Part shown: positions 27,958-35,418 of the stretch, piece by piece | Position numbering within the stretch: position 1 is the stretch's first letter | How the letters are laid out: each line of letters begins with the position of its first letter | IMG/VR virus record: IMGVR_UViG_3300020042_006745 | Span: 1-38,096 of that record | From: a virus | Lineage: Duplodnaviria > Caudoviricetes | Length of the DNA stretch: 38,096 nucleotides | Reading direction: 5' to 3' (one strand) | Made by a program: the position numbers and the translations under genes | The notes under the pieces: model-generated | Seen by the model: the letters and a program-made list of their open reading frames with translations, nothing else | The model's database searches: none | Told to the model about the DNA's origin: nothing

Positions 27958-28290
27958 AGCGTTTGTTTTTATGTTTTGTTTGTGTGTTTATCGAATGCAA
28001 TACTACATCCCTTTTGTTATTCAATAATCACATAATTGCAACAAATTTCAACATTCTTGGAATCCTAACGTAAAACGCTGGAAATGTGCATTTTAACCAC
28101 AAAAAAAAGTGTACATTTTAACTGTTTTTGTGTATCAGCAACGAAAATGAGCTATAATGAAAGGCATAAATGTGGGCTAGGATGCACCATAAATCCTCCG
28201 CGTTTGTGCATGGAATTTTCCTTAATCGTTTGTTGTGGTGAATATGCCTATATGAAATGTTGTGGTTGCTTCGACATTGACCTTTGTGGA

Positions 28291-28384
28291 GTTACGAACA
28301 ATGTTATGAACAATGAATGCCTTAGTGAATCCATAGTGAATAGGCAATAGGATTGAGGAATAGTTACGAACAAAGTTATTCACA
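28291..28384 (+). repeat. Two imperfect 22-nt direct repeats, each a head-to-tail pair of DnaA-box-like 9-mers
   Basis: GTTACGAACAATGTTATGAACA (28291-28312) and GTTACGAACAAAGTTATTCACA (28363-28384). Confidence 0.7.
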
Positions 28385-28910
28385 TATAATATTACGGCAT
28401 TACTGGATGACCTTGTGCGATTCGTGACCGCAATAGAGCAATGATATAGTGTTGTTGATGCTACACCATTGCGATTCGATTTGCTTCGCTTATTACCTTG
28501 TGTTTGGAAGCGAGACGAGGACACGATGCAAGGTTGAGCAGAGCCTGATCGTTTGGGATTCGTTGGGGGGTGGGTTCGCAAGACCGGATCTCCCTGGCGG
28601 ACCGGTAGTGGGATGATGCGATGGAAACCCCCTTCCTCTAACATCTCGCTATTTTCCCCTTTTGGATTGGGTGTTGTTGATCCCCGATCCCCTTTTTGTG
28701 GTATGTAAATATTATAAAGATTATAAATATGCATAGCGAAATGCGGTTTGTTCTACGGTGAGTATCCCGATTCTATTGGGTTTGTAATTTTTGTAATGGG
28801 GGGGGGTGGTATCGTAAAATGCGTTTCTTGCATAATGCTGATCCTGTTTTGGGACATGGGTCAAAAAAAATTTTTGGAGAGTTGGGTAGTGGTACTAACC
28901 AATTGAAAAT

Positions 28911-28933
28911 AAAAAAAGCCTCTTGCGAGGCTT
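28911..28933 (-). terminator. Intrinsic terminator
   Basis: Minus strand AAGCCTC-GCAA-GAGGC followed by a T run, after gene 28956..29459. Confidence 0.8.
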
Positions 28934-28955
28934 ATTCATTGCGAAGTATTTTGTC

Positions 28956-29459
28956 TTATCCTTTTTTAACTTTACCGCTTCTTTTGAATTTAGTAGTAAC
29001 ACCTTGAGCGTTAGTTTCTTTTTTCAAAGCCTGTGGATTGCCTACTACACGAGGTCTGTAAACTTGACTTTCCCCTGTTGATGGGTCTACAAATGATTTT
29101 ACATTTCCTGATCTACGAACATTGGTAACAAGCCCTGTGCTAGGATTAGTAACTTGCTTTGTTTTTCCTGATGCGTATTTTTTTACATTTGTAGGTGTAT
29201 AAGGTTTTCTGTTTTCAGATATTTTCTGATCTATTTTGCTTCCTCCTACTCTTGATCCTTCCGCTGCTGCCTTTTTAATCTTGTTGACACGCATTTTACC
29301 TGCTACAGATCCTGCGTCTTTGTAAGAGGTTTTAGAACTAATTGTCCCACCGCTTTTGGAGGTTACTGTTCTTGTCTTTGCTAGAGAGCCATCGCTCATT
29401 GCCTTTCTTTGAACTGTGACATTTCTGCCCAATAGATTCTTTTTGATTTTATCAGCCAT
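28956..29459 (-). CDS. Lys/Arg-rich basic protein (likely start MADKIKK)
   Basis: KNLLGRxV motif shared with 31881..32279; TATATTTG promoter element at 29491-29498 (minus). Confidence 0.7.
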   Translation of the reverse strand: MADKIKKNLLGRNVTVQRKAMSDGSLAKTRTVTSKSGGTISSKTSYKDAGSVAGKMRVNKIKKAAAEGSRVGGSKIDQKISENRKPYTPTNVKKYASGKTKQVTNPSTGLVTNVRRSGNVKSFVDPSTGESQVYRPRVVGNPQALKKETNAQGVTTKFKRSGKVKKG

Positions 29460-29606
29460 GACTGTTTTGTTTTTTATTATTAATAATACACAAATATACA
29501 AACCTTGCTTTACCGAGCAAAAAAAAATTCAGTTGGTTACATCTACTAACCATCTTGTCGGTGTCAACAAAAAGGTGGTAATTCGGAGGATTTCCGATTT
29601 AGTGTA

Positions 29607-29652
29607 GATTATTTTCCACTAAAGGGCTTATTCTGGGGATTATTTTCCACTA
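29607..29652. repeat. Perfect 15-bp direct repeat GATTATTTTCCACTA x2
   Basis: Copies at 29607-29621 and 29638-29652 (31-bp period). Confidence 0.85.
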
Positions 29653-29839
29653 TGGCTTGTCACAATTTTCAAAATTATTGTGACTAGAGGTCAACCTATA
29701 TTCTTACTCGAATCGGGATTTGTCAAACTATCCCTTGACGATCTCCTTGAGTTGAGAGAGAATGTCTGTCTGTGTCTTTCCCCAGAACATATCGCAGGCT
29801 ACCCGGTCAAATTCTATTGTTACCTTGCTCATAGCTCCT

Positions 29840-29968
29840 CTATTTCTCCTTCTTATTCATTTGAGAGAGTACCCACGTCAAGACCTCTAACTTCAGTTCA
29901 TCGGAGAGATCCTCGCTAAAGGTCTTGCGGAGCATTTTCTCATACACCAGTTGCTTCACTATCTTCAT
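29840..29968 (-). CDS. Small hypothetical protein (42 aa, not in ORF track)
   Basis: MKIVKQLVYEKMLRKTFSEDLSDELKLEVLTWVLSQMNKKEK. Confidence 0.5.
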   Translation of the reverse strand: MKIVKQLVYEKMLRKTFSEDLSDELKLEVLTWVLSQMNKKEK

Positions 29969-30212
29969 TGGATGCCCCTATTTGTAAAGCGTTCAAAAAT
30001 GCAACAGACTCTTGTTGGAACTCAGGGTCATTTCTCATTGAGTTGAGAGCATCGTTTGCTACAGAGGTTAGGTCCTTAGTTAGTCCCTCAAAAGACTCGA
30101 GAATTTCTTCGTTACTCAACTCCATGTTAAGTGCCAACAACTCGGTTAATAGTTTATGGCATGAGAGAGCAAACTCCTGTACTGTCTCGTTTGTTACTTT
30201 TAATCTTTGCAT
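29940..30212 (-). CDS. Hypothetical helical protein
   Basis: 90 aa; TATATTTG promoter element at 30231-30238 (minus). Confidence 0.65.
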   Translation of the reverse strand: MQRLKVTNETVQEFALSCHKLLTELLALNMELSNEEILESFEGLTKDLTSVANDALNSMRNDPEFQQESVAFLNALQIGASNEDSEATGV

Positions 30213-30283
30213 TTTGTGTATTATTTTTCACAAATATACAAAAGTCATTGAAACAACAATTAATAAGTTTTTAACAATAGAGA

Positions 30284-30445
30284 TTATAAATTGGGAGGAA
30301 GTTTATACTCCTCACCGCTTTTTTTTGCAGACTTGTAGTCTTTGATGATATCACACAACTTTATCTTCTTACCAACCTCGGGACATCCAAGTTGGTGAGC
30401 GTTGTAGTACCCACAGACAGGGCATTTATATTTTGGCTTTTTCAT
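30284..30445 (-). CDS. Small Zn-finger protein (53 aa, not in ORF track)
   Basis: MKKPKYKCPVCGYYNAHQLGCPEVGKK..., a CxxC-x5-HxxxC pattern; ATGA overlap with the upstream gene. Confidence 0.6.
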   Translation of the reverse strand: MKKPKYKCPVCGYYNAHQLGCPEVGKKIKLCDIIKDYKSAKKSGEEYKLPPNL

Positions 30446-30591
30446 GATCCGCAGTATAAGCACTCCTCATCATCGTCTGCGATAGAGGTTGCCTCTTTAT
30501 GTATTTTGATTGCTTCCATTTCTACTTGAGCGTCTGTCCAATCTGGGTGGAACACTCTTATCTGTGACTTGAGGAATAGTAAATCGTTCAT
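30442..30591 (-). CDS. Small acidic protein ending DDDEECLYCGS (49 aa, not in ORF track)
   Basis: MNDLLFLKSQIRVFHPDWTDAQVEMEAIKIHKEATSIADDDEECLYCGS; promoter element at 30612-30619 (minus). Confidence 0.65.
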   Translation of the reverse strand: MNDLLFLKSQIRVFHPDWTDAQVEMEAIKIHKEATSIADDDEECLYCGS

Positions 30592-30611
30592 GATTATAAA
30601 TTTTGGTTGCA

Positions 30612-30647
30612 CAAATATACAGAGAGAAACATATTTCTATATCTTTG
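30612..30647. promoter_or_regulatory. Divergent promoter pair
   Basis: TATATTTG on minus (30612-30619) and TATCTTTG on plus (30640-30647). Confidence 0.6.
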
Positions 30648-30667
30648 TTTTCGATAAAAAAATCACT

Positions 30668-30802
30668 ATGGCAAAGGTTCAGTCTACAAGCGCATTTAAG
30701 AAGAAACCAAAGGTTAAGAGACCAGGTGTTATTGCTAAGACAAAGTGTTCTTGCTCTAAGACATCTAAAAATTATGTTAAACGAAATATCGGACAAGGAT
30801 GA
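30668..30802 (+). CDS. Small basic protein (44 aa, start MAKVQ)
   Basis: Lys-rich, ending KNYVKRNIGQG; directly downstream of the plus-strand promoter element. Confidence 0.65.
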   Translation: MAKVQSTSAFKKKPKVKRPGVIAKTKCSCSKTSKNYVKRNIGQG

Positions 30803-30957
30803 TGAAAAAACAGATGCTTAAAAGAAAGGATGGTAGCGTGTCTCCAAGAGGACTTTGGGACAACATTCGTGCGAACAAAGGATCAGGCAAGAAGCCTACT
30901 GCCGCTATGTTAAAACAGGAGAAGGTTATTAAGTCTCAAACCAAAAAGAAAAAGTAA
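30799..30957 (+). CDS. Small basic protein (52 aa, not in ORF track)
   Basis: MMKKQMLKRKDGSVSPRGLWDNIRANKGSGKKPTAAMLKQEKVIKSQTKKKK, with ATGA and TAATG couplings. Confidence 0.65.
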   Translation: MMKKQMLKRKDGSVSPRGLWDNIRANKGSGKKPTAAMLKQEKVIKSQTKKKK

Positions 30958-31220
30958 TGGCAAGAGCTAAATTTACATCAGGTAATGAAAGTCATGTAGT
31001 CTATAAAAAGACCACCAAGAGGGGGGAAGGAAAAGTTGGCGATATTATGGTTAACCATCCTACAAAAAATAAGGGGGTTTACGATACAATTAGTCTTACA
31101 AGAACTGCAAAAGTCAGAACTGTTAAGCAGGGAGTAGCAGCGGAAAAAAAGTGGCATAAACAAAATCCTAATCCTAAAAACAATGGCAAAAAGTCAAGCT
31201 TGGCAAAGAAAAGAGGGTAA
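30957..31220 (+). CDS. Small basic protein
   Basis: 87 aa, Lys-rich. Confidence 0.65.
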   Translation: MARAKFTSGNESHVVYKKTTKRGEGKVGDIMVNHPTKNKGVYDTISLTRTAKVRTVKQGVAAEKKWHKQNPNPKNNGKKSSLAKKRG

Positions 31221-31455
31221 GGACCCAAAGGGTGGCCTCAATAAAAAAGGTGTTGCTTCTTATAGAAAGGCTAACCCAGGATCAAAGTTGCAGACTGCTG
31301 TTACTACTAAACCATCCAAACTAAAGCCAGGTAGTAAAGATGCCAATAGACGTAAATCTTTTTGCGCTAGAATGTCGGGTATGCCCGGTCCAATGAAGGA
31401 CGAAAAAGGAAGGCCAACAAGGAAGGCATTATCTCTAAAAAAGTGGAACTGTTAA
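31183..31455 (+). CDS. DUF6321-like basic phage protein
   Basis: AWQRKEGK.PKGGLN.KG...NPGSKL...RRKSFCARM.GM...LSLKKWNC. Confidence 0.7.
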   Translation: MAKSQAWQRKEGKDPKGGLNKKGVASYRKANPGSKLQTAVTTKPSKLKPGSKDANRRKSFCARMSGMPGPMKDEKGRPTRKALSLKKWNC

Positions 31456-31466
31456 TAAAAAAATAG

Positions 31467-31474
31467 TATATTTG
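31467..31474 (+). promoter_or_regulatory. -7 promoter element TATATTTG
   Basis: Intergenic, 17 nt upstream of the ATG at 31492. Confidence 0.55.
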
Positions 31475-31491
31475 TATAAATAATTAAAGCA

Positions 31492-31866
31492 ATGGGTACA
31501 AACGAATTAGATCAAACATATATTAGAATAAATAACGGAACAGGTTCTTTAACAGCGCAAGTTGGGAAATTAAAGTTAGTTGGTTCTGCTCAAATTTTTC
31601 ATACAACAGGAGCAATTAGTGGTGGATCACCTACTCAGGCTGAGATGCTTTCTGCTAACAATTCTCTTAATACACAGTGTGAACTTTACGTTACATCAAC
31701 AGACCCTAGACAATTTGATGCAACAGATTACATGACCACAACTCGATATATCGTTTATAAAGAAGATAGAGACCCAGTTGGATTAGGAGCTACAGCTATT
31801 CGTCTTAGCGCAACTATACTGATATACGAAATAGTAAAAGCAACAGGCAACGTAAGATTACAATAA
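31492..31866 (+). CDS. Hypothetical, possibly structural beta-rich protein
   Basis: 124 aa, Thr/Gly-rich. Confidence 0.6.
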   Translation: MGTNELDQTYIRINNGTGSLTAQVGKLKLVGSAQIFHTTGAISGGSPTQAEMLSANNSLNTQCELYVTSTDPRQFDATDYMTTTRYIVYKEDRDPVGLGATAIRLSATILIYEIVKATGNVRLQ

Positions 31867-31880
31867 TAAAAAAAAATAAA

Positions 31881-32279
31881 ATGAAACAACCATTAGTAAA
31901 GACACGCAAGAACCTTTTAGGTCGTGATGTTAAAATTACTCGTTCAGGTAATGAGAAAACTCGTGAAGTCACTGGAAATCGCGTAGCAAAAACTACAGTG
32001 TCTAAAAATTTAAAGACTGGAGGTAAGAAAATTACTTCAAGTAAAATGGTAATTTCTCCAAGAGAGCAGATGGTTGATGTTATCAACAAGACTAAATATA
32101 CAGGTGCGGCAGGTAGAAAGCGTATGCTTGATGTAAATCCTGAGACAAGTAGAAAAAAGACTACTTCTAAAGCTTTTGGTGTAGACCCTAAGAAAGCAAA
32201 AGAAACTAAAAACAAACTTTCAGTTAGAGAGAGTGCGAAGAAAATGTACAAAGGAACTAACCAACCTAAGAGGTTTTAA
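31881..32279 (+). CDS. Lys/Arg-rich basic protein
   Basis: KNLLGRDV motif; paralog-like to 28956..29459. Confidence 0.7.
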   Translation: MKQPLVKTRKNLLGRDVKITRSGNEKTREVTGNRVAKTTVSKNLKTGGKKITSSKMVISPREQMVDVINKTKYTGAAGRKRMLDVNPETSRKKTTSKAFGVDPKKAKETKNKLSVRESAKKMYKGTNQPKRF

Positions 32280-32281
32280 TA

Positions 32282-32623
32282 ATGGCTAAAATGTACACCA
32301 CCGCTAAGACCAATCCTATTACAGGGATGGTTACAGATAATAATCCTAAAAAAGAGGCTCGTCAAGAAAAAAGACAGGTTCGAAGAGAGGAAAGAGCTTT
32401 GAACAAAAGTCTTAACGAGGGTATTAAAAAACAAGGTCGAGGATTAAAGCAATACTACAAAGGCGTTCCTGTAGAGAAAACCACATCTACTCCAAAAACA
32501 AAAGATTGGAGAGATAAGGCTAAACCAGATAAAGGTGGTAAAAAAGGTTTTGTTGTGAGAGGAGGTAAAGGCGGTAGGGTAAATTACAACAAGATGGATG
32601 AGTCTTGCCAGAAGCCTAAATAG
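32282..32623 (+). CDS. Lys/Arg-rich basic protein
   Basis: 113 aa. Confidence 0.65.
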   Translation: MAKMYTTAKTNPITGMVTDNNPKKEARQEKRQVRREERALNKSLNEGIKKQGRGLKQYYKGVPVEKTTSTPKTKDWRDKAKPDKGGKKGFVVRGGKGGRVNYNKMDESCQKPK

Positions 32624-32870
32624 AATCTCTGTTCATAAAGATAGACTTTATTGCATCGTAAGATAATTTGAATAGGCGTGGGTTTCCCATGCCTATTTCT
32701 ATTATAGCATACTCTGGAACCAATTCGTCAACCTGCCGTATCGACATAACATCTCGAATGTCGAACATAGTTCTTACCAGTTGTTCTGTCATGGTTAGGT
32801 CGAAGAAGCCCACATCCCCACTATTGGTTAGGACCTCCAAAGCCTCAATGTAATAGCCTTTAATCAACAT
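32616..32870 (-). CDS. Hypothetical protein
   Basis: 84 aa, last gene of the minus-strand operon. Confidence 0.6.
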   Translation of the reverse strand: MLIKGYYIEALEVLTNSGDVGFFDLTMTEQLVRTMFDIRDVMSIRQVDELVPEYAIIEIGMGNPRLFKLSYDAIKSIFMNRDSI

Positions 32871-33063
32871 TTGGTCTTAGGATATGTCGGATTAATCTTC
32901 GTAGGTTCTTTGCGTCTCTATAAGAGAGGGGAATCAATTGTCTTCCCTTAGCATCGCTTATAGCGAAGTCTACCCCTGCGCCATTGGCCCATTCTGTTAC
33001 CTCAAGTAACTTCCCTTCTTCCTGATCATGGAAGAATGTCTTCTTAATTTTTTTTGTGTACAT
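32860..33063 (-). CDS. Hypothetical protein
   Basis: 67 aa with EVTEWANGAGVD motif. Confidence 0.65.
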   Translation of the reverse strand: MYTKKIKKTFFHDQEEGKLLEVTEWANGAGVDFAISDAKGRQLIPLSYRDAKNLRRLIRHILRPNVD

Positions 33064-33532
33064 TTTCTTTAAATCTTAATAGTTGATGTTGGTCAAGGAC
33101 ATACGAGTCTCCTGTTCCGAGGTTGCGGACATTCTCATCTTTTTTCACATCCTCTGATCGAGAATATCCAGCAAATCGAATTGTGTAGTCATCCTCTACA
33201 ATGGCGAGGACATACATATCCATCGGCTGAGAGTTTAACTTGACAATCATACGGCCTTGAGGAAGGCGAGTGCTTTTGATGTCAATCGTCAAATTCTTGT
33301 ATACGCAGTCTGGCTGACCTGCTGTATCGTCTCCAAAAGATAAACTGAAATGGATGTTGTGCCACTTACAGAAGGCGTACTCCGAAAGGCATCCGTCAAA
33401 GTCTATCTCGTACCCCGACTTATCGGACGCAAACTTCTGGTCCACGACATTCTTCTTTCTGCTGACGAACGCTCTTGTGGAGGCGAGTGTTCTGAGGAAG
33501 TGTACTTCCGACTCGTTTAGTTTAATCGTCAT
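33044..33532 (-). CDS. PD-(D/E)xK nuclease-like protein
   Basis: GCLSEYAF...PD...TIDIKST. Confidence 0.55.
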   Translation of the reverse strand: MTIKLNESEVHFLRTLASTRAFVSRKKNVVDQKFASDKSGYEIDFDGCLSEYAFCKWHNIHFSLSFGDDTAGQPDCVYKNLTIDIKSTRLPQGRMIVKLNSQPMDMYVLAIVEDDYTIRFAGYSRSEDVKKDENVRNLGTGDSYVLDQHQLLRFKENVHKKN

Positions 33533-33627
33533 GATTGAAATCCTGTTTCATTGTCATTACCTCCAAAGTAGGAGAGGATTACTATTACTGCTGTTATGAT
33601 TACAGCCGCCATTAGAAATTTATTCAT
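33529..33627 (-). CDS. Small membrane peptide (32 aa, not in ORF track)
   Basis: MNKFLMAAVIITAVIVILSYFGGNDNETGFQS, with an ATGA overlap. Confidence 0.45.
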   Translation of the reverse strand: MNKFLMAAVIITAVIVILSYFGGNDNETGFQS

Positions 33628-33639
33628 AGTGTTTATTTT

Positions 33640-34473
33640 TTATAGTCCGCAATATCCAGAGTCGCAGTCGTTGAAGTCCTCGTCAAAGAGATCTAACTGC
33701 ACCTTGTAGTTCTTTATCTTTTCGTATGTGATTCCGTTCTTAAACGTGCAGTTGTTTTCCTGCTCCATTCTCATGAACCAATCAAACTGCTTCTCATTCC
33801 TCTTACTCATGTGGTTGAGGAATATCTCGTTTCGATGGAAACAACCTACGCAATTGTTCTTATAAGCAAAACGAACAGGCTTGTCCTTCCAGTAAGTCTC
33901 TACAGCATCCTTGAATATTCCGTCTTCGATCAGGGGGAAGGACACACTTCGATATGGCAATGTCTTCCACTTCTTCCTTCCGTTCTTTTCGCCTACCTTA
34001 AACTTAAACATTTCTATTCCGTTTTCAGCTTTGTTTAACATAGTTCTTGCACGATTCATCTCATTTGCTCTGAATCCAATTCGCATATCTACAGGAAGTT
34101 CTGTGTTCTCATAACACCATTGGGCAATAGGCTCAACTTTCATTTTAGAGGTGCAGAACCTTCTCGTTACATTTGGCAAGTAACCCCCAGCAACTTTGAT
34201 TACCTTCTCAAAGGTTGTATCACTTAGCCATATGATTTCTTGCCCGAGGTATTGCTCAAGGTCCAACATTGTGTACACAATTGTATCCTCCTCAAGGGTT
34301 CCAATGAATTCCTTTCCAATCTTATCGGAAACAATCTGTCTCACTTTTTCGTCTGGGAAGATAACTCGTTTATCGTCTGTACGCACGAGAGAGAAGACAT
34401 TGTAGTCGGCAGGGTAGTGAACCGCTAAATACGAAGATGTCTTCCCTCCGCTTAAACTATTAACTGTCTTCAT
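33640..34473 (-). CDS. PAPS-reductase-like / adenine nucleotide alpha-hydrolase with Cys motifs
   Basis: PP-loop SLSGGKTS, PN..RFCTSKMK, IGFRANE, FPLI, NCVGCF and C-terminal CDSGYC. Confidence 0.75.
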   Translation of the reverse strand: MKTVNSLSGGKTSSYLAVHYPADYNVFSLVRTDDKRVIFPDEKVRQIVSDKIGKEFIGTLEEDTIVYTMLDLEQYLGQEIIWLSDTTFEKVIKVAGGYLPNVTRRFCTSKMKVEPIAQWCYENTELPVDMRIGFRANEMNRARTMLNKAENGIEMFKFKVGEKNGRKKWKTLPYRSVSFPLIEDGIFKDAVETYWKDKPVRFAYKNNCVGCFHRNEIFLNHMSKRNEKQFDWFMRMEQENNCTFKNGITYEKIKNYKVQLDLFDEDFNDCDSGYCGL

Positions 34474-34733
34474 TCAGGATCTGTTGTTGTGCCTATAGTT
34501 ATCGGGTCTACCCAAACGGTATCCTCCGGTATCTTAACAACTTTAAACATTTGGTAGTCTTCTTTCTTTAGTGGATGGTAGGTGCTTATGTCGCAACCTA
34601 ACGCTAGGCAAGTTATTACAACCGCTAATAAGAATATAAATAATTTTCTACTTTTTGTTGACATGGTTGTGTTGATTTTTTTAATCGATTGATTTAACAA
34701 ATTCAATAACTTCTTCATAATTGCCTGGTTCAA
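34470..34733 (-). CDS. Putative lipoprotein (likely start MSTKSRK)
   Basis: Hydrophobic stretch followed by LALG-C lipobox-like motif. Confidence 0.45.
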   Translation of the reverse strand: MNQAIMKKLLNLLNQSIKKINTTMSTKSRKLFIFLLAVVITCLALGCDISTYHPLKKEDYQMFKVVKIPEDTVWVDPITIGTTTDPE

Positions 34734-34947
34734 TATAGATTGGAGTTCCTTCCCCTACATAAGCGCAATAAACATTGTATTCTAAATATTCAACTGCGTC
34801 TTCAATTGTCATGTCTTCATTTTCAGTTAAAATATCTAGCATTATTTTTTTATCGTAAACTACTCTTGGTATATCGCCTTCCCATTGAAATCCTATAACA
34901 GCCTTTTCAAAACCATCGGCAAACATTGTTTTATCTGAATTTTCCAT
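34681..34947 (-). CDS. Conserved phage hypothetical protein
   Basis: ADGFEKAVIG...VVYD...EDAVEYLEYNV..AYVGEGTPI. Confidence 0.7.
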   Translation of the reverse strand: MENSDKTMFADGFEKAVIGFQWEGDIPRVVYDKKIMLDILTENEDMTIEDAVEYLEYNVYCAYVGEGTPIYIEPGNYEEVIEFVKSID

Positions 34948-34951
34948 GTGA

Positions 34952-35188
34952 TTACTTATTCTTTATTTTTTCGATTGCACTTTTTAAATACACAGCCATA
35001 TCAAGGCACTCCTCGTATGCTTCCTGTAGCCACATTAGGTGGTCGTAGTCAGTTCGGTCAACTGTTGTTCCGTACTGCAAGAAACCTTTCTTCTCTCTCT
35101 TTTTAAGGTCCTCAATTAACTTAGTTAGAGTCTTAGAGTCCTTGATTTCGTAGAGAGGTTCTATGTTGTGGGTACTATTCTGCTCCAT
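34952..35188 (-). CDS. All-alpha NTP pyrophosphohydrolase-like (MazG/dUTPase superfamily)
   Basis: R..KG..QYGTT...WLQEAYEECLDMAVY; likely start MEQNS. Confidence 0.55.
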   Translation of the reverse strand: MEQNSTHNIEPLYEIKDSKTLTKLIEDLKKREKKGFLQYGTTVDRTDYDHLMWLQEAYEECLDMAVYLKSAIEKIKNK

Positions 35189-35411
35189 AAGTCTCGTAGT
35201 GTTTACGGATAATGTTCTCAACGAACTTTTGTTTTGTTTCACTCCAATCACTTGTATCTGACTCGTCTTTTGATAGTTGAGCAGACACTCCGTAAATTGT
35301 TCCTTCCGCAGTTACAGATTTAGCTAGAGTGTATTCATACTTCATGTCTAAAGTAATTTCTCCTTTAAAGTAATACTCTGTCTTGTGTGGCTTTTGAATT
35401 GTGATCTCCAT
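35175..35411 (-). CDS. Hypothetical protein
   Basis: 78 aa. Confidence 0.6.
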   Translation of the reverse strand: MEITIQKPHKTEYYFKGEITLDMKYEYTLAKSVTAEGTIYGVSAQLSKDESDTSDWSETKQKFVENIIRKHYETYGAE

Positions 35412-35418
35412 TGTGTTT

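Noticed and set aside
28084-28734. 88-aa and 170-aa ORFs in the large intergenic region
   Set aside because: Atypical composition, no A-rich start, and overlap with repeats and G/C runs.
29607-29652. CRISPR mini-array
   Set aside because: A 15-bp repeat with a 16-bp spacer is too short, and there are only two copies.
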